Assembly (NCBI GenBank): GCA_964035545.1 | Contig: OZ037771.1 | Coordinates: 6,729,190 to 6,793,189 of the forward strand | Direction of reading: 5' to 3' | Source of the DNA: Bugula neritina | Taxonomy: Eukaryota; Animalia; Bryozoa | Length of the DNA: 64,000 bases | Part shown: piece after piece, positions 14,201 through 28,300 of the stretch | How positions within the stretch are numbered: the stretch's first letter is position 1 | Layout of the letters: the number at the start of each line of letters is the position of its first letter | The notes under the pieces: generated by a model | What the model was told of the DNA's origin: nothing | The model's database searches: none | Seen by the model: only the letters and a program-made list of their open reading frames with translations | Made by a program: the position numbers and the translations under genes

Positions 14201-17200
14201 TGGCTGTAACTTAATACAGGAAAAAGTTGATGTTATTATGTTGAAACCAACCATGAGCAATTTCAAGTGTTGTAGGAACAGGAGTTCATGGTTCTGATTT
14301 TACTCCAAGTGGATACAGCTTTCATAATTATTTGTCTTACTTGAAAGCCCACCTTTTTGTTATCAGTGTTTACAAGGTTTAAAATAATTGAACCTACAAA
14401 TATACAGTATCTCAAATAGGGTCATGTGTTAATATCAGCTGATGAATGTTAGGATAAGTAAATCTCTTTTGACAGAAAGTCTCAGTTAATGCTTCTACTT
14501 TGGTTATATTTTAATCTTACTCTACATTGCAGTATTATTAGCTGAATATTATATTATTGACAAAACTGTTTAGCATTTCCTGTTTGATTATACTAGCATT
14601 ATATAACTCTAGAATATCTACAATGGCTTGTCTCTGGTCTACAATGGCTAGGGTCTAAATCATTACCACAGGTAAATAGGCATTTCTAGAGATTGCCACT
14701 CACCTGTCTTGTTTTGCCGTGTTGCAGGATTTTTCACCAGACAGTTAGCGAAGGTGCAGAAGGATACTGATGAGATGTTCACTACGGCTTACAACGTCAA
14801 GTATACTCAGAACAAACACGTGTTTGACCAGTTCTTCAACAGTTTGTCCAGTTTCTATAAAGGAGAAGATATGGATATATCAGATGTGGTGCACCAGGTA
14901 GGGCGACTATACTGCTAACCCGCACTTCAGCTTCGATATGAACAGCATAAATTTTAGTTACTTTGCTTTACCCAACTTGTGAGGATAGTTGAAACTGTAG
15001 CATAATTTGCTCATGTAGCTGATATAAAAAATTGAAATAAACTTGCTATAATATGCACAGTTGCTTAATTTCTACTAGATATGTATTTCTATATTACATA
15101 TAAATATGTATCTACAGCCAGTAATATATACAAGTATGTCTACATTATGATCATATACAATAGAATACGTTATCTGAACTGCATGACATATATTACAGTA
15201 CATACAATTGAAGGCAAATTGTTAGTTAAAATTCACTTGGTTGTCTCAGGCTGTAGCTTGCCTGTACATTGTTTGCAGTTCTTCAAAAAGGTGTTTGTGA
15301 CGGTGTTCAGAATGCAGCATCAAAATTATCAGTTCAGTGACCAGTTCCTAGCCTGTGCTGCCGATATGATGGGCAAGATTAAGCCCTTTGGAAACACTCC
15401 TGAACTGCTGCAGAAAAGTCTGAAACAAGCTTTGGAAGCTTCTAGAACTTTCATCCAGGGTTTGGCTGTTGCCAGAAATGTCGTAGCAGCTGCCCAGAAG
15501 GTCAGACATAGTAACAAGTCTTTTTGATAACTGAGTGAGGGTCAGTTGACACCTGCTGATACTTAATTACATAGTCATTACAAGTGTCTAATAAACAATG
15601 TTAATTGCTGTTGCAGTGTTGGAATATCGTGTCTACAGCATAAATAAACAACTATATATATTAATCCATCCCTTCTTTTAGCACATGTATAAGCTTATAA
15701 AGTATCAACTTTTCTTAAGCTAGTACTATTTAAATGATATTCTGATTTTATACTGTAAGAAATGTGCTTTATTAAATTCTTCTCTTTGAGTTTTACACAA
15801 CCTCTATTAAGAATGGTACTAGTTGCAGTTCCATATTGTTCATGCCTGTGATGAAAGTATCACAAACTATTGTTAAAACAAATCTATTCAGTATTAAAAG
15901 CAGAGCATAATAATTGTTAAACTGAAAGAAAAACTGATGTTCTTTGGCATAGCCTCTTAACTCTTTATAAAATATGTTTAGTGACTAAAAGTCGCCATGA
16001 AGTTAATTATGTGAATACTTATTCCAAGTACTACTTCGTTATATTATTGTATTTGTGTTTATGTAAATTTGCCTAAGAAATGTCTGGCCCACACTGACAA
16101 TAATTATTATAGGTGCCTCCAACTACACCTTGCGTCAAAGCTTATATGAAAATGACGTTTTGCTCCCACTGCCAAGGTTTGCCAATGCTGAAGCCATGCA
16201 CCGATTACTCCATAAATGTCATCAAAGGTTGCCTTGCGTATCACAGCGAGCTTAACCAACACTGGCAGAAGTTTATTGGTGAGCATTAGCAAGTGGCAAC
16301 TGTGCACATAAGTCTTGATGTAGAATTTTCCTTAGTTCAAGTTTATAATTTTTGGCTTGAAGTTTGGCTATTTATCGAAATTGTTTTATTCCACAAGCAG
16401 TTAACTTTTGAGCTATAACTTTCTGCTAGAACTAAAGCTATTTAAAGTATAATTAAAACTCTGTATTTACTGTGTGAGTGGAGAAACGAATAAATGATGT
16501 TGGTCAATTTGATTGAATGGTTGCCTAAAATTAGGTGCCTAAAACCTTGGAGTTTATTAACACAAATTTCACCAGCTTATTGCTATTATAACCAATATAT
16601 AACAAAACAACAAAAATGTGGATTTTATTATTCTTTGAAATTCATCTCAAAGTTCAACGGCATATCTTCTTTTAAAACAAGTTAATTGTTTAATAATATT
16701 CCAGGGGTAAAATTTTCAATTTTATTTCATTTTAATGTTTATTACAAGCTATTCAGGATTCATACAATGTTGTAAGAAGACAATTTGTATTTCAGTCTTT
16801 CATCTAATTCATAAAATAGTTGGAATTAATCCTAATAATATTCAGCTACTCCACTTCAGTATTTTAATGGCTGATTTCATTGAACAATGAATCATAAATC
16901 ATCAACTAAGACTGCATAGCCTTAGATGAAAGGGCTGTAGATTAGTAGAGAATTCTTCCATGGTGACAAGTCAATTAACTTATACAACTTATCACTTTGG
17001 CTGACAGTTGATTTATTCAAGAACCATCTTTTGAGCAACTTGTGACACACCCATTATACAGCTGCACTGTCTGCTGGCCGTATTCCAGACTCCATTTTTT
17101 CCTCTTTTCATTTTTACATTTTGTAAGTTCTGTGGAAAAATATTTCAGAAAACTAGTTAATTGGACCCTGTTACAAAAGTTCACAGAAATTTGTTGACTT

Positions 17201-20200
17201 AAAACTTAAAAAATGAATAAAGCTTTCAAGGTTGCTCAATGTCATTCGTTCATATAAAATTAAAATTCTGGGATTGTTGATGAACTCCAGACTCTAAGAA
17301 AAAAGTTTTAACTTTGTGCTGGTTATTAGGAAACAAATATTATCCCATTATATAAAACTCCCCACAAGTGCAATGACTAGGTTATCAAATATTCAATTTT
17401 TACAGACACTTTGGATGCTTTGGCTCAAAAAGTGGCTGGAGATGGATCTTACAATTTGGAGGCAGTCTTGAAGCCAATGAAAGATCAAATATCTACTGCG
17501 ATAATGGGCTACCAGAACAACAGCAATGAGACATTTATGAGGGTAGGTTACCAGTTGGCAGCATTTCTCAGCTTCGTCTTTAGACAGCTCTTCTGGGAGG
17601 TTTCTAAGTGGGGCTCAAAGCTTAAACCTGTTCAGTTTCTCGTGTTATGACCAGATGCAGCCATAAAGAAACATCAATAGCTTTAATTATTTAATTTTCT
17701 TAACAACTTTTGGTTAAGGCCTCGGATTGAAATTCTAATGATAGCATAACTTCCCCTGCGCCTTTTCTCTTTTAGAAGACAGGCTTTTCTCTATTTCACC
17801 ATTACCATGCCTAATTTCAGCTCACCAATTTGTATTCAATATCTTTGTAAGACATCCAGCTTCCAGAACCTGTTTCCATTATCATAGATGTTGTGTATAA
17901 TATGCTTGCCGCACCAACTCATACATCGTATATCTTGCTATTTTGGCATAAAAATGTTTCCGTGTACAAGTTTACTTATCAATTCAGAATAATTTACTTG
18001 TAACGTCACTTTTGAAGGTCATAGACACAGAGACAGGCTGTGGGATACCGCCATCTGTCTCACAGAGACAGAAGAGAGAAATCTACACCGGGGTGGTCTA
18101 TGGACAACCAACAAGGAAAAGAGGAGAATTGCAACTGACAAACCTTGTGGAGAACATAAAGGGTGTGTTGAGAGAAGTGAAGCACTTGTGGACTCACACA
18201 CCATTGGCTGGCACCATGTGTGCCGCCATTAGTGCACCTACTGGAACCAGATGCTGGAATGGGGAAGGTGATGCAAGGTGAGTGGAACACATATAAGCGG
18301 TGGGTTTACAGCAGGACACGGCTTGAATCAAACCACCCGCAAGGTTTCTGTATCTGCGTTATAACTCTTTGTTTATTGTGAAGGGGATGTGCCAGAATTG
18401 AAAAGTCCCTGTTTTGGTATTTACTAACAGATACAGCAAAGGTCTAGTAGCAGACGGTCTACATGCCAACAGACACAATCCTGAAGTTGAGGTGGATTCC
18501 AGCAGTCCAAATCCCCAGATTACTGCGCAAATAAATCAGATGAAAAGTATGACTGGAATGATTTCTAACGCAACGACTGGAGTTGGTAGTGTCAGCTGGA
18601 TTGACCTTCAAGGTTGGTGCTTGTTGTGTTACTTGTGTGTGCGTCAGGTGTTCAGAGCTAACCACCACTTGCGTCACTTGCTTCAGTTATATAGTTACTC
18701 GCTACCATTTAACATGAAGGAGTGTGTATGCAGTGTGTATGCAGTGTACGTAATGCGTATGTGGTGTATGCATGCGTATATAGTGTATGTGGTGTGTATA
18801 TAGTGTATGTATATAATATGTATGTAGTGTGTATGTAGTGTGTATATAGTGTTTATAGTGGGTATATAATGTATATGTACGCTACTTGAACACTGTATAT
18901 AGGTTGTGTAAACTTTTCAACACATGTTAGTGTTTACGGCAGCAGCACATGTTAGTCTGTGGCAGCACATTAACTCACAGCTATCACCGCTTGTTTTGCA
19001 GTTCCTCTTCCAAATGTCTCAACAAGCTTAGCTTCAACTGAATGGAAACCAGGTAATTAATCACTCCAACTCATTCATGACTAACTCCTGCTAGATTTGA
19101 GAATAGTTTAGTTCTACAAGGTGGCATTTTTGTTAAGTTTCGTACTGTATAATGTAAATTGATTTAAAGTAGTAAAGTACTCCAGCCTATAAACTTTTAC
19201 AAATCATAGTCTGTCTCTGCTAAAATTGATTGAATCACCACTGAGTTGACAGCTAATAAGACTTTAAAATTCAACCCTAACTCTCGACACAAACAAAGTA
19301 GTTTCAAGCAGTGCAAGTCACAACTTGTTCACTGATTCTAGTTTTCAAGTACAAGTTAACTTAAGGTTACTAAATATCTACAGTTGTCATCTTACCTTTA
19401 CATATTAGACTAATTTCTGATTTATAAACAAATGGGCGCTGCTCTACTAGCCACCAGTGTGGTGGGTTTTTGCTAAAGAAAATTAAGGAATATGTCTGGC
19501 ATTTTAAATTAATTAGAAATTAGTTCTATATTATTATTTCTCATGCTTCTGTACTCTGAGTTGTTTTCTCTTGTTTATTTAAGTACAATGACAAGACAAC
19601 TCTTAGTAAAGCTGGTTACTTGTTTGCAAAAACCAAATATCATTAACCAAGCCAACTCAATTTATATTAAATATTATTAAATATACTCAATAATTTAATT
19701 TCTTTTCAATATTGTTAATTGTACTCGCATGCGTTACAGTTTACTGAAAATATTTACACGTGGCTGTGTGCAACGTGTTATTGTTGAACCTTTTTCAATC
19801 CTTATTCATACACAATGTTATATCTTGTAGAGAAACTTAACTTCAGAGGTTCTTCCAGATTGCCGGGCTACGCACGCCAAACCTACTTCAATTTCCACCT
19901 TGGAGGCAGTGGATCTGGGTACGTGCTCAGCCAATCAGCTCCCTGCTGACAATCATTCTATCATTTGCTTCTATAATGTAGTATAACGTATAATGTAACC
20001 CAAAAACATTCATTTAGCCTCAAAAGTTGTGCATTAAATCAAAATTGCTACTTAAAGCTAGTCAATTAAAGAGTGTGGAGTGAAACACTAACACCTGCGG
20101 CATTTTACCACAACTTATGTTTGTTTACAGACATAGTAGTTGGTTGTATGATGACGAAGACATGTACAGTTCAGGAACTCCTCCTAAAGTTCCTCTCATA

Positions 20201-20326
20201 CCAACCAGGGTGAGTGTTGCTTCAGCTTGTGATTCTCTCTCCCTTTTCTTCCAATACTATGAGTTCAATTTGATAAACCGATGTAACGCGTTATACTATC
20301 TGACTATGTATATTACATATTACGCA

Positions 20327-20392
<66 letters not shown>

Positions 20393-20698
20393 CTATTGCA
20401 GGTAAATCAAGAAGGGTCTGGAAGTGGAGACGGATATCGCAATACGAATATAAATACGCACAATGAACAAGTAATACTACTTTCACAGCCAAAACCAGAA
20501 GAAACTCAAGCAAATATTCATCCAACTATTAAAACTATCAGAGCAAATGCCCCGCCTCCCAAAGTGGTTCAAAAAGAGAAGGCGGGACCACAATCTGCAG
20601 CTAAAGCCACCACCACTCCTAGTTCATCATATAAATTGTACAGCTCACATTTCACTGTTCTAGTGTCATTATTATATGTAATGTTTTTAGGCAGTTAG
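2256..20698 (+). CDS. Glypican, GPC1/2/4/6 (dally-like) subfamily, about 662 aa, 12 exons
   Basis: Phase-consistent GT-AG exons: 2256-2433, 9125-9283, 14728-14897, 15279-15500, 16113-16278, 17406-17542, 18018-18277, 18431-18612, 19002-19052 (optional), 19831-19918, 20131-20209, 20402-20698. Signal peptide; LAICPPGLSCCS, KPFGNTP, ASRTFIQGL, FCSHCQG..KPC...NVIKGCLA, RCWNG, NPEVEVD motifs; furin-like RQKR; SG glycosaminoglycan sites (GGSGSG, EGSGSGDG); hydrophobic GPI-signal C-terminus. Confidence 0.93.
7371..7716. repeat. 17-bp minisatellite (TGAGGGCCAGTTTACTG / TGAGGGCCAGTTTGTTC), about 20 copies, glypican intron 1
   Basis: Directly visible tandem array with two alternating unit variants. Confidence 0.95.
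18720..18880. repeat. Degenerate TG/TA-rich simple repeat (GTGTATGTA-like), glypican intron 8
   Basis: Visible low-complexity tandem sequence. Confidence 0.75.
20330..20387. repeat. (TA)n microsatellite just upstream of the last glypican acceptor
   Basis: About 29 perfect TA units. Confidence 0.97.
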
Positions 20699-22395
20699 TT
20701 AGGCATATGAATGTGAGGCTCGTATGTATATGATAAGTGGTTTGCCCTCAACATGCATATTTACCTGCTGCAATCAGCACTTGAAGACTATACCAAACAT
20801 TCCTATGCATGGCTAGATAGAGAGTGCATCAACTGCTCAACATATAGATTTTAACTGGGAGGTGTTGAGACACATCAGAGACAGCTCTTTGTTTTAATTG
20901 GTAGATGATATCTGTCCATGTAACCACTTAGTGTATCTATTTATGTACCCATGAAAAACTCCTTAAAAAGGAGGTTAGTATTGCTATAGGTGCTGACTTA
21001 GCAGTAGCATTTCCTGTTTCTACAGTCAAACATTGACTTTGTATGTATTTTGGGTTACTATGCATCAAATTATAACTTTCAAAGCACTTTCGTACAAGTT
21101 CCTGTTTTAGTATAATTATTGTATTGTTATTTCTATTTCTTAAGAAAATTACCAAAAAAGTGTTTCATTTAAACCAAAAGACTTCCTAAAAATATATATT
21201 TATATTTTCATATGCTGTTTACAAAATTCCAACGGACAGGAATTTTTCCAACTATGTTGGTCATTCCATAACTGGCAGATTACAATGCTTTTTGTAGCTG
21301 AGGGACCTGCTACAGGGTATTCTTTAATATGAAATGCCAGTGAATGTCATACAAGCTGTTTCACTGTAGTTCCTTTTGTGCATATCTAATGTTATACCAA
21401 CCTTAAAACTAATAACAGACAACCAATATAAGTTTTAAAATATTTATATAGCTTAGAATATTGCTGAATTGAGAATCCTAAATTTAAAAATATTTATCTC
21501 TTATTTTATCTGTGTATTTTATTTCATTCTCATTAATATGTATGCTATTTTAATCACTATAAATTAATAAAATAATAAATACTACAATCTTTTGTAATTG
21601 CCATCTCTTAAATTCATTGTTTAGAGTTGTGTCCTCTGGTTTTTTATTTGTGAACATGGATTATGACAGCTGGTCTATGGCATATATACTGCAGGTAAAA
21701 CATATCATACAATCTACAATGCAGGCTGAATAGTTTCAAACTTCCGTTTTTTGAATAGCAATACACCACGCTATAACTAATAGCTGGTTATATTTTTTCA
21801 ATTTTTAAAATGTTGGTATATGACCTCAGTATTGATATTAGTAATAATCTGTAATAATTGTCATTATTAAATAAATGAAGTGTAATGTAATTAGAATTAT
21901 GAATATTTTAAACGAAGTCCAACATACAACAGTTTGCAAGTGCTTCGATCTACAACATCCAACATTTAACTCTAGAGCAATAATCGTATCTAATAGTTAC
22001 TGAGTTGAATGTTTTCGTATAATTAGCACATAATATATGAAAATAAACATTTATTGATCCTTTATCAACAGTTATATAATATTCTTTGTAATTTTATCAC
22101 AAGATTATGATGTTAAGATTGAAACAACAACAAAATTAACACCAGAAACCAAGTAAATAATAAAGCAACATAATTTCAAAAACTCAGCAAAGCTAAACTG
22201 ACCAGAAATGTCATGTATGCAAATTAATAATAAAATACAAAGGAGTGATATATTCAGTTTTAGTGCAAATTGTTGAAACTGTCCTTAATTTTATTGATCA
22301 AGAAGTCTGAGCAGGTAATTTTTGTGCAGCAAATTTGAAGCATAGCTATATTTTTGATGGGAACCTCAGAAGCAAGGTTTCATAACTTTAGTTTC

Positions 22396-25300
22396 TTATG
22401 AGTTCTTTTGTGCCGTCTTGATGATGACCTAGAAAAATTAATTATATATATGTTTTATCACATGTCAACGTGAAGTATGTTGATCAATAGGAGATTGCTT
22501 AGAAAATGTAAAACAGCTCTTGCTGAACTCCTGTTTTGTACAAGCATGGTAGGAAGCTCTACGGTGATACAGTATAGCTCGGGCAGTCAACATAACACAG
22601 CGTTTGATGGTGTGCATCTCAAAAGCTTGTGCAGAACTTTTGACTACCATCTGCACTCATGTAATCAAAAGTTAACAACAAGTGTGACTGTCCACCAAAT
22701 TATGTGAATATTACATACAGTTTTCTTTTCAGAGTACTGTTCCAGGCCGTATTCTCCAAGCTCCCTTCCGCTGCCTGACATTTTAAAGCCTCCGAATGGT
22801 GTTGATGGTTGCAGGACATGGTAGGCATTCACACTAAAATTATATTTAATATAATAAAGGGTTTCTCAAAAGATATGGAGCAGGAAATAGCCCTAGCATT
22901 ACAGAAAAGGAAAAATTTCCTGTTCTTTCTTGGCTATAAAATCTTGTTTAATGCTCTGCTTCATACATCTTGTTTTTCATCTGCTGATTTCAATCATCTT
23001 TCAATATTTATTTTGATTGCTATAATCTTTGACAGCATCTTTAGCAGCACTAATTTGCAGCACTAAACAGTAATAGCAGACAACTCTTAAGAAACCTAGA
23101 TTAAATCAAGTTGACTGTCAAATTGGGGCTTTTACTACCCACTGTGTGAGACAATTAGGAGTTGTGCACTCTCACAACACAATGCTGCATGCACACTCTT
23201 GTGATGGAAAATTGTAGAAACTTTGAGAAATAATAACTATACATATAAACTTAATTATTGTATAAATAGTTTTCATAATATCTGCACTATAATCATTTTG
23301 AAGAATTATCTGCACAATAGTATTTCAATGGGATATACAGATATGCTAATATACTTTGAGACTCAACTGTGTAGGTCAAGCACTTTAAATGTCACAGAGT
23401 CATGAAATAAGACTCACTATACTGTTCCAGCTTGCAGTTCATGAGCCACTTTCAGAGCTTTTTCAATATCTCTAGTGAAGACAGAAGCTGCCAGGCCATA
23501 TATAGAGTTGTTTGCCCTTGACACTGCTTCAGCAACATCTTTAAACTTGAATATTGACATCACAGGTCCAAATATCTGCAGAAATAAAGTAGCAACAGGT
23601 AATAACTACTATAATAACTAGGTTCTATCTAACAAAGTACAATGATGACTACGATAAATTGACACAACAGATTGTAGAAAAAACTGTGCTCAATACGATC
23701 TGTCACTTTTGAATTGGCACATAGTTTAGCTAAATAGCTGTATAACAAAGTATGTCATGAGGTAGCATAACTGTAAACAATTTACAGATCAAATTATATA
23801 CTATATGTTACAATATTCACAGTGACAATTGTGTTTGCTAAGTTATAAACATACAAGTCAAATCTTTAGCTTTCACCATAAACTAAGAAACTAACCTCTT
23901 CTTTTGCAATCCGCATATCGTCCTTGACATTAGCAAATACAGTTGGTTGAAAGAAGAAGCCCTTGTCTCCATATCGCTGACCTCCTAATGCAAGTTGAGC
24001 TCCTTCCCTAGTTCCACTGTTGCAGAGGTCTGTGATTTTATCCAGCTGTTCTTGGTTTACCTAATAGTTATAGAGTCATATGATGTTATATATAGGGAGA
24101 GAAAGTGACACATATACATGGTGACATAGAAACATGGTGGTACATAGACATGGTGACACATATACATGGTGACATATAGACATGGTGACATATAGACACG
24201 GTGGCACATAGACATGGTGGCACATAGACATGGTGACACTCGACACAGTGACACACAGACGTGGTGATACATTGACACGGTGACATATAGACATGGTGAC
24301 ATATAGACATGGTGGCACATAGACATGGTGACATATATACATGGTGGCACATAGACATGGTGACACTCGACACAGTGACACACAGACATGGTGATACATC
24401 GACATGATGACACATATACATGGTGACATATATACATGGTGACATGTATACATGGTGACACTCGACACAGTGACACACAGACATGGTGATACATAGACAC
24501 AGTGATACATATAGACATGGTGACACATAGACATGGTGACACATAGACATGGTGACATATAGACATGGTGACACATAGACATGGTGACACATAGACATGG
24601 TGACATATAGACATAGTGACACATAGAGAAGGTGATACACAGACTTGGTGATACATAGAAAAATAGTAAATATGTCATATAGCGAATTAAAGTCAAACTA
24701 CTTGTGATTGTATTATTCAAAGTCTCACCTGGGGTCCTTGAGCTGTGTCCATCTCGTAAGGGTCGCCAACTTTAATAGCCTTAGCTCTTTCAACAGTAGC
24801 TTCTACGAACTTATCATAGATGGACTCTTCAACAAACACCCGACTAGCTGCTGAACAACACTGACCATGATTGAAAAAGGTACCGAGCTGAGCTTGGTCT
24901 ATGGCTCTTTCAACTGAAACGAGAGAAAAACTCAATTAGATTAAAAATACTAATTCATATTCTATAAATAAAGAAAAAAATATTCCAAGACAAGTAAAAT
25001 AAGTTTCAGCAAAATTATTGCAAAATGTCTCATAAATATACATACAGATAGCTAAAGCTGGCATTTGCTATTTTTAGTTGCATAGCACAATTTTCTTATT
25101 GTTAATATACATTTGCATGATATATGTTGGCCATTACAAAATAAAATAATCTTAAATACACTTGTCCCTTCGCAATACACTGATCCTGCTCTCACAAAAT
25201 TCCGTTGATCCCGAGAAGGGCACGAATCTACGTTTTGTGAGGTATGTATACATGGCCGAATTTAATTAACAGATCCACGAGTTAAATCTAGTATTCTACT

Positions 25301-28300
25301 ATGTCACGAATTGAGGTTTCGAAACCCTCAGCTTAGTGAGATATGGAGGGAGCACTGTATTTTTTTCACTCTATGTTGATCAACTCACAATCACAATCTT
25401 CAAATACAACATTTGCACTCTTCCCTCCCAATTCCAGAGTAACTCTCTTCAAGTTGCCGGCGGCCATTGTATGAATAAGTTGACCTATTTCTGTACTTCC
25501 TGTAAATGCGACTTTATCAACTCCATCGTGGGTAGCTATAGCACCACCAGCTGTGGGTCCGTAGCCACTGAGAATATTTACAACACCTGAAAGAAATTAA
25601 TAATTTGTCTTATACTAAATCTACAGCATAAAATGACCGATTTACCTAAAAGTTTCACTATGAACAAAAAAGTGAGAATATTTTTATTAAATTTTATGCA
25701 AATGTAATTTGACTTTTTTTGATACTGGAGATGTGAAGTTTGTGAAAAATGTTTCCTATTCCTTGTTGTAAAATATTGCAATCTTCTTTGTCTTTTAAAA
25801 CTGTTTATAATACATCGACATTAACAGTAATACATAGACAGGAGCTACAATGTTCCTATCACATTCATCATTAGCATTAGTAAGTTCTTGGGGCGATGAT
25901 TACTGACAAAATAATATGTTAGTAGTAGTGAAAAGACCCCCTCCACTTGAACTCATCTCAAAATAAAGATTATGACCAAATTATATAATATATAGACTCA
26001 TTTAAGTAGCCTCAGAATGTGACTGTAGTAGCTTGGGAATACCTGGTGGGAAACCGACTTCCTTGACCAAAGCAGCAATATGATTGGCTGTTAGGGGTGT
26101 CTGTTCAGCCGTCTTCATAACAATAGTGTTACCCATTGCTAGAGCTGGGGCTAATTTCCACGCTTGCATTGCCAACGGAAAGTTCCACTACATTTCAATA
26201 AGAAGTAAAACTAAGTTGATTGTACATAACTGTGGTGTGACTTCCTAAAATATGAGTCAAACTAATGACACTAAACACTAACTGGAATTATCTGCCCACA
26301 GACTCCAACTGGTTCCAGTCTAGTGTACGCAAAATGATCTCCATCTATAGGAATTGTCTGTCCATGTTTCTTTCCAGCCCATCCTGCATAATATCTGAAA
26401 AAACAAAAGTAAAATAAACTATATTCAACTCATAACTTTATTATAAAACCAAAGGAGAACTTGTGAATATATTTGTGCCTAATCAGCCAGTTATGAGGTG
26501 TAACTTCACAGAGCAGCATTGTGTGCTGTTTACATAACAGCAACACTTTACTCATGATAAACCAGCTACATAAGTGCAAGTAAACCCTTTCCTATAATAC
26601 CTGTAAATAAACCCTTTCACTTACCTGTAAGTAAAACCTTTCACTTACCTGTAAGTAAAACCTTTTACTTACCTGTAAGTGTTGATGGAGAGTTCCAGAT
26701 CAGCAAAGAAAGATACGGTGTACGGTTTCCCGTTGTCCAGAGTTTCTAATGACTAGAAAAATTGTTGTACGTTTAAAAGCTTTGCAGGTTTTTTTAAAAT
26801 AGCAAAACGCTTGATCATAATTTTTCACATATGCTAATTAAACTATGACAGTGCCCACACTGAGGTAAGTTCATAGAAAGCTTACAGCAAGGTAGGTAAG
26901 TTTATTAAATATCTACAGGTAAGTTTATATAATACTTATAAGTAAATTCTCAAATATTCACATGTAAGTTAATAAAACACTTACAAGTAAGTTCATAGAA
27001 CACTTACAAGTAAGTTCATTAAATATTTACTTGTAAGTTAATGAAACACCACAGGCAAGTCTGCATGTAACACTTACAGCGAGATAAGCTCTATCTCTCT
27101 CTATCAGATCAGCCAATCTGTGAAGTAACAACCCCCTACGAGATGCATCCATTGTTCTCCACTCAGACCCCAGTTCAAAGGCTTCTCTAGCGGCAGCGAC
27201 AGCAATATCAACGTCTGCAGCATCAGCTTCTGCCATGTGAGCAATGACCTCTCCATTGGTTGGGTTGTGAGTTTCAAACGTCTTTCCGGAAACAGCATTC
27301 ACCCACTCATTGTTGATGAAGAGCTAAAAACAAACACCAGCTAGTACTGAATACTAAAGAAATGGGTGCAGTAAGAAGCAATGGGGGGGGGAACCTGGTT
27401 TTTAAATGAAAACATAGCAACAGAATTTATACTAAAACTCAAAATTAATAGACAAATTGAAGAACTGAGCTATCAGATATTTTCAGTTACTGCACCACTT
27501 GAATGATTTTGAACAGCTGTATACCCAATGAACTGGGAAATATATTATCTCTAGTTCAGTGGATATACCCATAATTCAGTGGATGAACAGCTAAAGACTG
27601 CTGCACAGTGCAAAAGCTTGAAGTGACTTTTCAGTAACAACTCTTTCTACGATTCACTAAACTTTGAGGCAGAAACATTACAAAATCTTGAGTAGAACCA
27701 GTGACAGTGTCGATAGCTGAGGACTATTTGACAGTCAGCAGGGTTGACACATCACCTGTATAGTTGACTGCAGCATATCACAGCTCACAGTAAGATGAAG
27801 ATATAATTATGGTCTGGCATACTTTATCCAAGCACAGGGCATGCAGGTAAATGATTTATCTACTTTACAGGTTTGTGATTTATGTGGAGGATTCTGGGAG
27901 ATTATAGCTGAGAGTTGGTTGTTAACTGAAGCTTGTAGTTGATGTGGAGGTTTATGGAATGATGGAGATTTATTATGTCTATGGAAATAGTTGAGGGAGA
28001 TTTAAAGCAATAATTGATTTATAGAGGTTGCAGCTACAAACTACTTGAAATAAATTCATAAATTGTGAAACTATCCATGTGGTGCAATTCACACTGATTT
28101 GTTAGTTTACAGCAGTTAGTTTATTGTAGTTAGTCCACAGTTGCTAATCCATAATTGTTAGTTTATAGTTGTTAGTTTATAGTTGTTAGTTTATATTCCC
28201 TCTTTTCAAATAGTGCTGCATATACACCTTTAAAATGTCTTCATAACTCAATTTCTAATTGAGAATTGTGTTCACCATGTCAGCATATTTTGGATAAAAT

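Noticed and set aside
24057-24720. Three overlapping Cys/His/Met-rich ORFs of 184-214 aa
   Set aside because: Translations of a stop-free minisatellite inside ALDH-A intron 7.
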